In this document: positions 27,390 to 41,143 of the stretch, piece by piece | How the letters are laid out: each line of letters opens with the position of its first letter | Numbering within the stretch: position 1 is the first letter of the stretch | Source: Eledone cirrhosa | Lineage: Eukaryota | DNA: 64,000 nt | Direction of reading: 5' to 3' | Assembly: GCA_964016885.1 (NCBI GenBank) | Contig: OZ024740.1 | Span: forward strand, 367,226,001 to 367,290,000 | The notes under the pieces: generated by a model | Seen by the model: the letters and a program-made list of their open reading frames with translations, nothing else | Told to the model about the DNA's origin: nothing | Databases searched by the model: none | Translations under genes and position numbers: made by a program

Positions 27390-30300
27390 CTACAGGCTGA
27401 TATAGAGAGAAGGCCCATTCACTCGGGCCATTCTCGCCACTTTCATCAACCTTTCATAAAACTTGCTGGGGTAGAGCACCTCTCTCTCCATTCTGATCCT
27501 TCTTCTAAAATGGTACTTGAAAAAAAAGAGAGAAAAGTGTCTGACCTCAGCCCTTTCAACCTTGTCCACCATACAACCTCTTTCGCCATAGCTATCACAC
27601 AGAGGAAAACCGCCTCTCCTTCGTTTTTGAAGGGGGGAGGCGGTTTGATCGTGACAATGTACTCGGTGGTCAACCGGATTGGTCCCACCCGCGAAAGTAG
27701 TCGTTCCACATAGCTCCACAGGTCAGCAAAGCCCGGGCAGTGTACGGATGCGTGCGCGACGGTTTCCTCGTCACGCACGCATCTGGACAGATCTTCTTCG
27801 AGGAGTCCCTACCCGGGCGCCCGTGTCTGTAGAGCTTGTCCCGAACGGGTAGAGCTCCTCGGTAGCACTGCCAAGCCAGAGACTTTTGGAAGTTGTCCAT
27901 CGGTCCCGGGCCAAACGCCCTACCGAACAGACTGGCTAGCTCGTCTTCCTCCATGGCCAGAGCCTCTTCGATAGCGTCGTCGCACTTGCTGCGCACCAAC
28001 CCTCTATAGAATGTTGAGGTTGAGTCTCCGCTGATTGCCGGATCCGCTTGCCAGAGGGCCGTGAGCGCCTGGGCACATTCAATGTGCCAGTCGCCCATTT
28101 TTCTCGGTCTTTGCTTGACCCAGGAATGCAGCTCGGTGAGTGAGACGAGTCTCGGAAAGGCTCGCCTCGCAGAAGGGGCCCACACCGGCTGACCGGTGAG
28201 GAATACCTGGAGGCGCCGTAGCCTTAATGCATGTCTACGCATCGTCAGCCAGGGCATCCCCAGCGCTTGGTTCGAAGGGTGTTGACAGTAGATGGATCTT
28301 CTCACCAAAGAGGCCAGCTTCTTCCAAAGGAATCGGAAGAGCGCGCGCTCCATTTTGGCGAGCGTTTTCGCTGGGCAAGGCACGACGATCAATAGGTAAT
28401 AGATGACGGACGCTATATAAGTGTTCGCCACCTCCGCTTAACCTTTCAGGGATAGTTTGCACTCGTCCCACTTCTGGGCGAGTGCAAACACCCTGCCCGT
28501 TACCTCGTCCCAGTTTTTCTCCACCTGGAGGTCCTGTCCGAACCAGATCCCGAGCAGCTTCACCGGTCCCTCCGTCCAGCGTCCGACGACGCCGTCGGAG
28601 GGCATCGGTTTGCCTCTCCACATTCCGCGTTGCAAACCGACGGACTTGTCCCGGTTCAGCTTGGCTCCTGTAAACCTTTCGTATTCCTCGAGTAAAGTGC
28701 CGATCTGCCCGATTTCCGAGGTGCACGACACCATTACTGTCACGTCATCGGCGGAGGCCGACACCGCTTTCCGCAATCCCGGTTCCAAGGGGATTCCCTG
28801 CAACAGCTCCAACTTCCGCAGTAGTGGCTCGAGAGCCAGCACATACAGAAGGGAGGAGATAGGGCATCCCTCTCGAATGGATCGCGCGATTTGGAACGGC
28901 TCCGAGAGATAGCCGTTCACCTTGACCCTCGAGCAGGTTTTGCTGCTGTGCATTGCAGCAATCCAGCCCCTGAAAACGGGTCCGAAGCCTACCGCCGCGA
29001 GCAGCGCATCCACGTACCGATGGTCGACCCTATCGAACGCCTTAGATTGATCCAAGTTGATCAGGGCCCCACCAAAGCCGGGTTCGTTCCCTACCCTCTC
29101 TACGATGTATCACATGAGGTGGAGGTTGTCGTGTATGGACCTGGACGGGATTGCGCATGTCTGCGCTCCTCCCACCAGGTGACTGACGATAAGCGCCAAC
29201 CTCTTCGCTAACACCTTGACCAAAATCTTTAACTCTGTGTTTAGCAGAGTTATGGGCCTGAAGTTATCTATGTCATCCCCCTTGTTCTCGTCCATCCTCA
29301 CCAGCGTGACTATGCTCTTGGTCACAGAACTGGGAATTCTCCCGTTCTGTTGCCAGTTGCAGTAGACCGCCTCGAGGAGATGGGAGAACAAGTCCGGCAT
29401 CGCTACATAAAGTTCGTATGGTAGACCATCGAGACCGCGAGATTTGCGTTTGCCGCATTGGCTCAGCGCTTCCTCTATTTTAGCGGCTGAAATCGGCCTT
29501 TCGCAGGACTTCGCCTCCCCGTCCCAGAGCCGCGGCAGACCGTCGAGGTATGGACCGAAATCCATGGCCTCGCCCGGCCCACCGCCCCTCCCGAACAATC
29601 GTGCAAAATGCCGTTGAAAGGCCACGCACATCCGCTCAAGTTCAAGTATCACGCGTCCATCCTGGTCCTTCAAAGACCGAATCGTGGACTTGTTTCCACT
29701 TTTTGCCTCTGTCACTCGGGCCCAGCTAACAGCTTTGGCTCCCTCGTTACCCAGAACACTTATTTTACTCCTGACAACGCAGCCCTCGTGCTTCGCGTCA
29801 AATAACTGGTCTAGGGTCGTTCTTGACGCCAGCACGCCGGCCACGTTCCCACACCTAATCGCCTCTTCTACCCTATCTATCAATTCCTTTTCAGTTCTCT
29901 TCCTATCTGATGCTAATTCCTGACTAAAACCTATCGATTCTATTCTAATTTCTCTCTTGAGAGAGCCCAACCACCTGCTGTTGACAATTGCCCCCGTCAA
30001 CCGCTGCTTAACTAGAGTGCTAATCCGCTTACTGTAAGCTTTGTTTGTCGGTAAGGACAAGTTTAGCTTCCAGTAACCGGGTCCTTGTCTATGGGTTCTA
30101 TCAAGGTTGACCACTAATTTCACCAACTTGTGATCCGAATAGTCAACCATGAACATTCGTGGACAGCTTAATATGTCCCTATCCTTATTTCTAACTAGGA
30201 ATCTATCTAGGTACGACCCAGATGTTCCGCTGCGATTAGTTCACCACCACAGTGGCACAGTCGGAAAATCTAGTCGATATCTACCGGCCAGATCAAATCG

Positions 30301-30810
30301 GCCGATTAAGCGTTTGAGGCTGTTACACCCCACTCTATCGCGACATGCCCCTACATAGTCCCAACGTGCATCCAGGATACCATTCCAGTCCCCCACTAAA
30401 AGCAAGGAGCGAGATGTTCCCAGAAAAGTCTCTAGACCCGGGAAGAAGTGCGGTCGCGGTGTCCCAGATGGGGCATACGCTGCCACCAGCCTGAAGGCTC
30501 CACCTTCACTACTGCCGACGTCTAGAACCACCAGTCGACCCTCCGGAACCAGGTGTATCTTCCGTGTTGCGAGGCCCAGGTGTTTCCGCAGCAGAACGAC
30601 CACCCCGCCCCCACCCACCGGCTGATAGAGAGATGCATAGATCTCAAAGTCGTCGAAGAGGGGGGCCAGTTGGTGCTCGCTGCTGATCCTGGACTCGCAA
30701 ATAGTTATCACATCCATTCTGTGCGACCTGATGTCATTTAAGAGTTTGCCCTGCTTCCAGGACATCCCCAGGCCGCGCACATTTAAACATCCAACTCTTA
30801 TAACAGCCAT
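27390..30810 (-). pseudogene. Tx1-a ORF2: APE endonuclease plus reverse transcriptase (stops and frameshifts)
   Basis: CLNVRGL, ICESR, VGDWNG, YSDHK, GYWKLN, GLDGL, NFRPITLLN, DQSKAFDRV, IREGCPIS, SADD. Confidence 0.93.
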
Positions 30811-30826
30811 GTTGGTGGTGAAGAGT

Positions 30827-32667
30827 TTAGAGAAAAAGGAAAAGACATCTACCTGTCCTTCTCCTGGGGACCAGGCTGCAAAATTTCCATGGGGGTGTCG
30901 GCGGGGTTGTTTGGTGGGGTGGTGGTTTGAGATGTGGTGGGGACATCAGTGTGTGGTGTAGTGGGGTGTTTGGTGGGGTAGGGGTGTCTGGGGTGGTGGT
31001 GGGGAAACATTTCAAGAGGACGCGTTTGCTAGCTCTAGTACAGGGGTTCCCCACGTCCTCGGGAAAGTTCTGTTTGGGCATTGCGTAGGTGTCCCTTGGG
31101 ACCCTAATCATTTTTAAATGCGGTTTAGTCGCCGCGTTGGTGAACATTTTCCCTTCGGTTTCCACCGAAGGGTCATTGTCTATTGTTTGCACAAGTGTTT
31201 TGTTGTTTGTGTTGATGTATGTATACTGTTTTTGTTGTGTTGTGTTTGTTTTTGTTTGTTGTTCTTGTGTGTGTTTGCGTTTTGTAGTATGTGTTATGTT
31301 TTCGGGACGGGTGGGTTTTTTTGTTTGTGATGTTTGTTCTGTTTGTGCTGGTGGTTGTGTGTTTGTTGCATTTTTGTTAATGTGGTGCCTTCTTTTCTTT
31401 CTTTTTACCGGTTGAAAGGGTTCTCTCCCTCGTCGTCACTGGATGACGTTGATAAGGGGTCCTCGTCCGTGTTGTTGGGGAGGGGTATATTTTGGGGTTT
31501 TGTTGTGGTTGCTTTTGTATTTGTTTTAGGTGGGGAGGGGTTGGGTGGGACAGTGTCTTGTGTTGTTATTTTTTCGTATTGTTGTGGTTGTGGTGGTGGT
31601 GGTGATGGTGGTTGTGTTGTGTGTGGAGTGGGTAGAAGCGTCTTTTTGGGGGGCATTTAAAAGGGGATAGAAAGCCCTCAGGTGACCACTTCTTGAACAG
31701 TGGTAGCATGAAGGCCGCCTGCCCTCAACAGAAATGTTTATGAAGGCGACTCCATCCAGGGACACACGCTGCGGTATTCTTGCTGTCCGTTCTGATCTCA
31801 TTTGGACCAGAACTTCAAGGCTATTGCCGCCGAATACGCCCCAGGTGGATTCGCCTATCGAAAGAATCCCGTTAGCACCCACCAAATGCTCGCATTTGGC
31901 CTGATGCCCGAGATTCTTATCTTTTGAGTTCTTTTCCCCAAATATGTGGGGAAAAAGGTGTATGCTTTGGATACAATTGGCGACACAGAATACTTCCGTG
32001 CCGCCAATTCATCTTGCATTAATACAGATATGCTTCCATACAGTTTCCCTTTCTCTATGAAAGCGATATCCTTCCAGGCACTACTTAGGACCAGCTCATT
32101 TTCGCTTTGGGACAACTGAGCCGGTTTCTTAGTCGTGTTCGAAACTGTCCTAAACATTACAGTCCTGAGAACTGTGTCCCTTCTAATTTCTTCGGGAGAA
32201 GTAATTGTGAATTCCCCACCTTCCCCGAAATTTACACAATTCCTTGCTTCTTTCAGCAATTTCTTGGCATTCGAGATGTCCAGTGCCTTGTATGTCTGCG
32301 TTTCTTGCACCGCCTGTGCGAAGGAGACTGCAGCTGTGGGTCCGTTTACTTTCGTGTTGTTATCATTGCTGTTGTTGTTATTCGTGTTGGCTTGCTTTTT
32401 TCCTTTGTTGGTGTTGTCATTATTGCTGTTGTTGGTTGTGTTGTTATTGTCATTGTTGCTGTTGTTGGTTGTGTTGTTATTGTCCTTGTTGTTCTTGTTT
32501 GTGTAATTGTTACTTTGGGGGTTTTCACCCATTTCCAGAATTTTTTCTTTTGATTCCGTGGTGTCTTTTGCGGGAGTGAGGAGGGAAGGCTTACAGCGTT
32601 GTGCTGCTACCTTCTCTCTATCACTTTCCTTGGGGGGCGTGGCATGCGTCGTATTAATGGTGTCCAT
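30827..32667 (-). pseudogene. Tx1-a ORF1 (gag-like, frameshifted)
   Basis: Asn-rich N-terminus, SFAQAV, RTVMFR, zinc knuckle CYHCSRSGHLRAFY (last Cys lost). The stop lies just upstream of the ORF2 ATG. Confidence 0.75.
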
Positions 32668-33214
32668 TGTCAATAAACGACTTTTTATCGACAACTTATA
32701 ACTATAAAATTTCGCCCCAAAAATGGGCGAAATTTATTTTACCCAACGTCTGCAGGCCGAGGCGAGGGGTTAAACACAACAAATAACAAGTTACTTAAAC
32801 AAACCTACCGTTTCTCGTAATAAATTCCGACAAAATGCAGGAGCGAAACAAAAACACGTCTATCTTCTCCGAGATAGATAGATAGATAGATAGAGATTTA
32901 TAAAAGATGGAGAACCATCTGACACGAAGGTATAAAGAATTTTGAGAAATCTCGTTTAGCCGACCTTTGTGAGATAAGATCTAACGCTAGAATCTGTTCA
33001 GGCATTCCAGCCTGCTCTGTTCAAGATCCTGTCACCTGCCCCTAATGCGGATTGATATGTAAATCAGCAACTGCATTGAGGTGCCATTTGAGGCATAAAC
33101 ATAAAACAATGAACTGAAAACACTGTTGAATCCTCATAAGTCGAATCGACGGCAGTTCTATCATATCTCTCCCTCTCTCTCTACCTCTATCCATCTATCT
33201 ATCTCGCCCTCTCT

Positions 33215-33245
<31 letters not shown>

Positions 33246-33277
33246 ACCTCTATCCATCTATCTATCTCGCCCTCTCT

Positions 33278-33361
<84 letters not shown>

Positions 33362-33365
<4 letters not shown>

Positions 33366-35233
33366 CGGGACGTCGCCTGGCGAACCGAGTCACGGAGCAC
33401 CTCCGGGATATTCGTCTCGGGAGCAGTTCCCCCATCGCCCGCCACTTTGGTGGCCCTGGACATTCCGCACGCCATCTCACAGTCTGTGGCCTACTCCAGT
33501 GCCACGGAACACCCGCCAATCGCCTTACGGTCGAACAACGAACTATCTTCATCTTACAGACCCACACTCCCCCCGACCTGAACTCCCCACCCTTATTCCT
33601 TTAGCCTTCGACCGCCCCCCCTCCCCCACACTTATCCCCCACTAACACCACTAACACACCCCTCCTTTTCACCGCCCACCCCACAACTAACAATACTAAC
33701 ACCTCCACTCCACCCCTCATCTGACCACCCTTCCCCAACTAACATACTAACATCCCTTCCCTCCCCTCTTCTCCCCCTCCCCCTCCTTATCACACGCACA
33801 CACCCACCGGTACATATATACACGCGCTCACACTAAACACACACCCTACTACCACCACTAACCCTCACCCCAGACCTCTCACCCCCACACCTCCATCCTA
33901 CCACCCCGCAACTAACCTCACTAACACCCCCTAACCCCAAGCACACGAACACACGCACCCACTTACACCACCCACCCCACACGCAACTAACATCACTAAC
34001 ACCCCCAACCCCACGCACACATACCCACACACCCTCGTACACCACCAACTCTACACACCCTGCCACCACTAACCCCCACTCACACCTGCATTCAACCCCT
34101 CCCCACCTCCCGTATACTAACTCCCACTAACACCTCTTCATCAAACTACACACACACCAGAACACCACACTCCCTCCATAGAACCACACACACCCTTCTC
34201 TCCCCGCTCCACCCACACCCTCGCTCCACACTCACTCATCCCACTAACACCCCTACTAATACACACACACACACACCCTCCTCACTCCAACTTTCACACC
34301 TACCCATCCTCGCCCCTTTACCATTCCACCGACTGCTGCTATGCCCTCTGACCACCTCCCAGCACAAACAGACCACAGCACTCCCACTGCTGATCACTTC
34401 CTGTTGCGCGCGCACCCCACATCTCTCCTCTTCCGACCATCGCTTCATGGAATACCCACACGCAGAAATTGACCAACAACCAATCCACTAAACATCTTCG
34501 GAATTTACCAACTTTTCAATCATCCTCTTACGTAATCACCTATATAACTCACCCACACACACACACCCCCCAAAAAATTTTTTTCTCCACACGCCACCTA
34601 CACCCACAATACGCTTAAACCCCACACACACGTGCTTTCCACCACATATTTACACCCTCAGCGTCCTGATTCCTCTCCCCCCACCCCTCTATCCACACAC
34701 GCACAGACACTCCGACCCCCCCCCCCCACATACCTCTTCCTGAACATGCAACCCCGTTCTTCCCCCAACCCTTACTTTCACATACACACACACACACACA
34801 CACGCACACCTACACACACACACCACCTTCAGCCCTCCCCGCTCGGACACCCCGTCTCCCTCTTCCCACTCCACCCGCCACGACCCCTACACACCCTTCC
34901 ACCACCTGTTTACCCCCCTTTTAATTTCAGTTTATTTTGAGCATGCCTCTATTTTAAAATTTATCTCATTCCTTGTATTTTGATCATGCTTTATTTTTAT
35001 TTTTATCTTTATTTTTTATTTTTTCATTCGCACCGTTTCCTTTCGCTATATATCTCTCCACCACTCCCCTACACACCCTTTGAACTCTGTTCCCCCACAC
35101 ACACACTTCCCACCTGAGGAAGAGCTTATGCCCGAAACGTCGTCCCCCACCAACACCCCACTCTCCAGAGCGTGAAATTAATAAACATTCGTTGTACTGC
35201 CTCTCTGTTTTGTCCCTGTTCAAATTTTTCCAT
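33362..35233 (+). mobile_element. 5'-truncated Penelope-like element: GIY-YIG C-terminus, long C/A-rich 3' UTR, terminal HHR
   Basis: 33362-33604 translates TGRRLANRVTEH...PIARHF...GHS...VCGL...EQRTIF.L.T..P..LN. HHR at 35114, AATAAA at ~35180, (TA)n on both sides. Confidence 0.85.
35114..35144 (+). ncRNA. Penelope-type minimal HHR core
   Basis: CTGAGGA-A-GAGC-TTAT-GCCC-GAAA-CGTCGTC. Stem II has one mismatch and stem I is not evident. Confidence 0.7.
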
Positions 35234-35539
35234 TATATATATATATATATATATATAGACGTAAAATAAGAAAATTATAAAAATTAACTTACTTACTAAA
35301 ATTTCACTCCAACTAATTAGTTTCTGAAAGGGAATAAACATGGTTTCCAAATGGAAAGCATGGAGAAGCCGTTTCGTCATCAGGAAGTCTGTTCTCAGCT
35401 AAGTTACCAGGCGATGCGTGGACACAGGGAACTTATACAAAAATAATTCAGTGGATGAAAAAAAGCAAGCGTGGATTAAATTCCAAGACATTGAAAAAAT
35501 AAATGCCTACTTGGTCGGTGGCAGACTCAAAAGAATCAA

Positions 35540-36250
35540 TCACATATCATTGTTCATTTCACCTATCACTAAGCTCAGGATATCAACCAAATCTTGTCCT
35601 AGCCCGTCAGCATTCATTTCCTCAAAGGTCGTATCTTTGTTCCTGATGTTATTTATTTCACCATTCAGATCATTACCTGCTTCGGATGCTTCCTCATGTC
35701 TCTCAAACTCTTCACCTTCATTTCCCACTGGCTTGTTTGCCTGACATACTCCACTCTCCACTTCCAACTTAATCTCTCTCCTCAGTTCCTCCAGTTCCAA
35801 CTCGGTTATCCATCCATTAGTTCTTATTACCCGAGCCTGCCCGTCCAATTTTTGTTCATCTAATTTAAATAGACCAATCTCATTCGAGATGTTATGCATC
35901 TGTTTCCTATAGCCTTTTTCCATGGGGTTACTCTTCAGGTAAAATTCCATGACAGTTCTATTCAATTCTTTCGTCCAGTTGGTTCTTGTCCCTTTCCTTC
36001 TTCTTCTTCCTCCAACACCAGCAGTATTTGGATGACAGCCAGATCCCTGCTGCTGGGCCAGGGAGCACTTGCTGGGTGAGAGTCTTTCACATGACGTTCC
36101 AGTCTCCTCTTCACCGTTATTCGAACTGTTTATGTTCGACATTTAAACACTCATATCGAGGATTAGTGAATGTACGGTTACATAACCACCGGTGATTTTA
36201 GCGTGGCACCATCACGCCCTAGACGAACATAAATAAATAAAGAAACAAAT
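35540..36250 (-). mobile_element. 5' fragment of R4/Dong family 1 (3'-deleted)
   Basis: The 200-aa ORF 35540-36142 is clearly homologous to the N-terminus of the 50160 ORF (GGRRRRKGTRTNWTKELNRTVM...). The upstream UTR matches 50000-50160. Confidence 0.9.
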
Positions 36251-36494
36251 AGATAAATACTTAAAAAAATAAACATAAGTTTCATTGTAATGTTTGACTT
36301 AGTTTTTTTTGTTTGTTTTTGTTTTTCAAGGCCAGTAACATCGGTTACTAGTGTTGTTGTTGCTACTGCTGCTGTTTTTGATTTTAGCTACGAGGGAAGT
36401 AGGGATTGTTGCGTTCAAAACTTTTGAAATTTGTTTTTCTTTTGTTGTTGCATTTGTTTTTGTCTGTGTTCTGTAATTTTTCGACTTGTTACTT

Positions 36495-36684
36495 GGTGGA
36501 TTGGCAGTATCGGTAGAGAATCGTACGCCATGCTTTGACGCATTGAGTTACGGCCCTTGTCATTCTGAGTTCCAATTCAGCTGAGGTTAACTTTGCCTTT
36601 CATCCATACGGGGTCGATAAAATAAAGTACCAGTAATACACTGGGTAATTTGTTGGCCTTGTGCCAAAAGTAGAAACAATTATT
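36495..36684 (+). mobile_element. tRNA-derived SINE, near full length
   Basis: A-box-like TGGCAGTATCGG, B-box-like GAGTTCCAATTC, central TTTGCCTTTCATCC...GGGGTCGATAAAATAAAGTACCAG, 3' GTAGAAACAATTATT. Confidence 0.8.
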
Positions 36685-37328
36685 GTATTATAGTTTAGAT
36701 TTGACATCGTTTAAACTAAACATTTCGAGAGAGTTTAGAGATACAACAACAATAATTATTATGGTGTTGTTGTTAGCTGTTTGACCGGGTCACTAAATCA
36801 GTCTATTTATATCTTTTGGTGACTTCCTCGCTTCTAGTCATGTGTAGGGGCACTACTATCATCCCTCTTTTAACAGGAGGTACTGAGTGAATAGTGGTTT
36901 TAGCGATGATGCAGTGGTGACAGTGGTGATGGGATAGTAGTACTGTAGTGATGGTATTGTTGTAGCTGTTGGTTTGTATCTAGCTAAAGTTTTTTGTGGT
37001 AGTGTTTGTGGTGGCGGCGGCGGTAGTGGTGTTGGTGTTGAAATTATTTGGCTGTTGTTTTCTTCCATTTGCGAGCATTTGTAACCATTTTCTTTTTTGA
37101 CTATAACATTTCTGATACAAAATTAAATATTAAATATTGGAGCCCTATGCCATAATGTTATGCGTTGTCACTTCCTGAGAGTTAATACTGGTATCTTATA
37201 TCCCATTTGTAATAAGAATTATTCTATCACAATTGTTTTAAATATGTAAAAAATCAAAAACTTACGGCAGCGATTCCATAATACTCTATCCACCAAGTGC
37301 GTATACTTCCCTGTTATTATTATTATTA

Positions 37329-37397
<69 letters not shown>

Positions 37398-37411
37398 TAT
37401 ATAATTATTGT

Positions 37412-37447
<36 letters not shown>

Positions 37448-37724
37448 TTTCATTTATTAGCCACCAGGGCCGACATGTAGGGGACAATACAAAGACAGGG
37501 ACAGTGGGGGTTTACAATAAGGTGGAGTAAAAGTGCACAATGGGAAGACTAATTTAACATTGAAAATATAAAAATATAAAATAAACTATGCATAAATATA
37601 ACAAAATAAATTCCCCGATGGAGGGTGTACGACCCTGGGGTGCTTCAGGTACCCCACCAATCCTGAACCACCCTGCGCTTCTAGGGCACCCAAGGAGAGC
37701 ACCCCTCTCCTCAAGTTAGCTAGC

Positions 37725-40700
37725 CTATAGGCGCATGGTCAGAGTAGGCCCATTCACACGAGCCATTCTCGCTACATTCACCCACGTTTTAGCAAATGTA
37801 CTGGGGGGCAGCACTTCTCTCTCCAACCTCACCTTCCTTTCCAGGTGAAACTTGAAGAAGTTGATGAGGGATTGGCCGAAGAGAAAAGTGTCTGTCTTTA
37901 GTCCTTTCAACCTGGTCCACCATATAATCTCTTTCGCAACTGCCACCAGACAGAGGAAAATTTCCTGCTCTTCCTGACCTAAGGAAGGCGGTGGATCAAT
38001 CTTCACTATGGACTCGGCCGATAGCCGGATTCGTTCCACACGCGACAGTAGCTGTTCGACATAACTCCACAAGTCAGTAATGCACGGACATTGGACAAGT
38101 GCGTGCAGAACGGTTTCGTCGTTCTGTGCGCATCTTGGGCAGGTCCGTCTGACAGTACTTCCGTGCCTGTAGAGTTTATCCCGAACCGGCAGTGCCCCCC
38201 GGTAGCACTGCCAAGCGAGGGATTTCTGGAAATTGTCCATAGTCCCCGGCTCAAGCGTCCTCCGGTACAGACTGTCAGTTCGACTTCGTCGAGGCCCAAA
38301 GCTTCTCCGAGTGCGTCATCGCACTTGCCCACCACTAATCCTCTATAGAACTCGAGAGTGGAAGTTTCACTGATCGCATTGCCCGCTTGGTAGAGGGCAG
38401 TGGGTGCCTGGCAACATTCCAGGTGCCAGTCACCCAGTCTCGGTCTCTTCTTGACCCAGGACTGCAGCTCAGTCAAAGAAATGAGCTGCGGAAAGGCCCA
38501 TCTGATGAACGGCAACCACACCTGTTCACCGTTGATGCAGAATATCTGGAGATGTCGCAGCCTCAACGCATGTCTGCGCATCATTAGCCACGGCTGCCCA
38601 GCCCTCCGCGTAGAGGGTGCTGGCAGCAGATGGACCGCCTCACCAACAGAACTTGTCCCCTCCACAAGAATTTGAAGAGGAGCCGTTCCAGCTTGACGAG
38701 GCGCGGACGGGGGCAAGGCACGACGGTCAGGCGGTAGTAGATGACGGACGCGATGTACGCATTCCCCACCTCCGCGCGACCTTTCAGTGATAGCTTCCTC
38801 CCAGCCCATTTTGGGGTGAGACTGGCTACTCTGCTCGTTACCTCGTCCCAATTCTCTTCCACCTGGAGGTCTGGTCCGAACCACCCCGAGCAACTTTACC
38901 GGTCCGTCCGTCCAGCGCCCCACGACGCTGTTGGACGGCATGGGCTTGCCTCTCCAGGTTCCGAGCTGCAAGCCCACCAACTTTTCCGGGTTAAGTTTGG
39001 CTCCTGTCAACCTTTCATATTCCTTCAATAAGGTGCCGACCACCTCGATTTCTGAGGTGTTCGACACCATCACGGTGATGTCGTCCGCATAAGCCGACAC
39101 CGCCTTTCTACGTCCCGGTTCGAGCTGGATGCCCTGCAACAGCTCCAGCTTCCGCAGTAAAGGCTCGAGAGTCAGAAGGGAAGAGAGAGGACACTCTTGA
39201 CGGACCGATCGGGAGAGCCGAAATGGTTCCGAGAGGTGGCCATTAACCTTGACCACCGAGCATGTGTCGCTGTGCATTGCAACGATCCAGCTTCTAAAGA
39301 CAGGGCCAAAGACAGCTGCTTTGAGGACAAACTCCAGATACCGATGGTCGATCCTATCGAATACTTTCGATTGATCTAAATTGATCAGTGCCCCACCGAA
39401 GCCAGGTTTACACACCTACCCTCTCTATGATGTGTCGCATGATGTGGAGATTGTCGTGTATGGACCTGGCTGGGATTGCGCAATTTGCGCCTCCCCAACC
39501 AAATCCTCGACGACAAGCGCCAATCTCTTTGCAAACACCTTGGCCACAATCTTAAACTCTGTGTTGAGCAGAGTTATGGGCCTGAAGTTGTCTAATGTAT
39601 CTCTCTTGTTCTCGTCTTTCCTTATCAGCGTCACCGCTCCCCTGCTCACATAACTGGGAATACTTCAATTCTGCTGCCAGTTGCAGTAGAGTGCTTCGAG
39701 GAGTTCGGAGAACAAGTCTGGCATATTTAGGTAAAGCTCGTAGGGCAGACCATCCAAACCGGGTGACTTCCGCCTCATGCAGCCGACAAGGGCGTCCTGA
39801 ATTTTGGCTGAAGTAATCGGCCTTTCGCAGCGCTCAGCGTCGACCGTCGAGATGCGCGGCAAGCCATCAAGGTAGGGACTGAAATCCGCTACTCTCTCTG
39901 ACTCGCCACTCTCTCTGAACAACTGAGAAAAGTGCTGGCGAAAGGCCTCACATAACCGCTTGGAATCGCTTATCTCGTGTCCGTCTCGGTCCGCCAAAAA
40001 CCGAATTGTGGTTTTATTACCACGCTGCGCCTCCGCCACGCGGGCCCATCGAACATCTTTAGTTCCCTCGTTTCTCAGCGCACTCGCATTAGCTCTGACA
40101 ATGCAACCTTCGTGTTTGACATTGAAGAAATGGTCTAATGCCATTCTCGCCGCTAGCACGTCAGTTGCGATGCCACTACAAATAGCCTCGTCTAACTTAT
40201 CTAACAGCTCCCCCTCCTTTCTATTTTTCTCTAACGCTAGTTCTTTGCTGAACTCTATCGAAGTTACTCTAATCTCTCTTTTGAGAGCCACCCACCATCT
40301 GTTGTTGATGATCCCCCCTCTCAACTTTTGCTTAACTAAATTGTTGACTCGGTCCCTGTAAGCGATACGTGCCGGAAATGACATGTTCAGCTTCCAGTAA
40401 CCCGGTCCTAACCTACGCCTTTTATTTAGGTCGACCGTACAGATCACAAATTTGGGATCTGAATAGGCGACCGTTTTAAAATGTGGACAGCCCACACTAT
40501 TTCTATCTATTTTCCTAATGAAGATCCTGTCTATATACGATCTAGATGACCCCATTCGGTTGGTCCATGTCCATACTGGCACATTGGGGAAATCTAGTCG
40601 ATACCTGTCAGCCAGTTGGAACTGGCTGAGTAGGTGCTTGAGGCTTTTGCTCCCCCCGCTCCTATCGGCTACTCCCACACAATCCTAGCGTGCGTCTAAG

Positions 40701-41134
40701 ATGCCATTCCAGTCCCCCGCTAACAGTAAAGGGCGAGACGTACCCAGAAAGGTCTCCATGCGCCTAAAAAAGTCAGGTCGTCCGGCCCCTGTAGGGGCGT
40801 AGACGGGCAGCAGTCTAAAGGCACCACCATCGCTACTGTTCACATCCAAGACCACCAACTCACCGTCCGGGTCCCAGAAGATCGACCTTACCTCGAGATC
40901 CAGTCCTTTCCTAAACAGCACTGCCACCCCACCCCCCATTCCCCGCCTGCTAACAGATGCGAAGATCTGATAGTCGTCGGAAATGGGGGCTAGTGCGCGC
41001 GTGTCGGAAATGCAGGTCTCGCTTACGGCAATCACATCCATTTCCAGCGACCGGAGGTCGTTGAGCAGGCGACCCTGCTTCCAGAGTGACCCCAGGCCGC
41101 GAACATTTAAACTTCCTACTCTTAATATGGCCAT
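37725..41134 (-). pseudogene. Tx1-b ORF2 APE-RT with C-terminal Cys motif
   Basis: SLNVRGL, AGDWNG, SYIDRI, KSPGLDGL, NFRPITLLN, DQSKVFD, AYADD, CPRC...ETVLHALVQC. Confidence 0.93.
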
Positions 41135-41143
41135 ATTGGTAAG

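Larger units (their letters stand above)
27149..32871 (-). mobile_element. Full-length but disrupted Tx1/L1-clade LINE (family a) inside (GATA)n
   Basis: ORF1 and ORF2 remnants, AATAAA at the 3' end, and (GATA)n on both sides (27111-27148 and from 32873). Confidence 0.92.
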
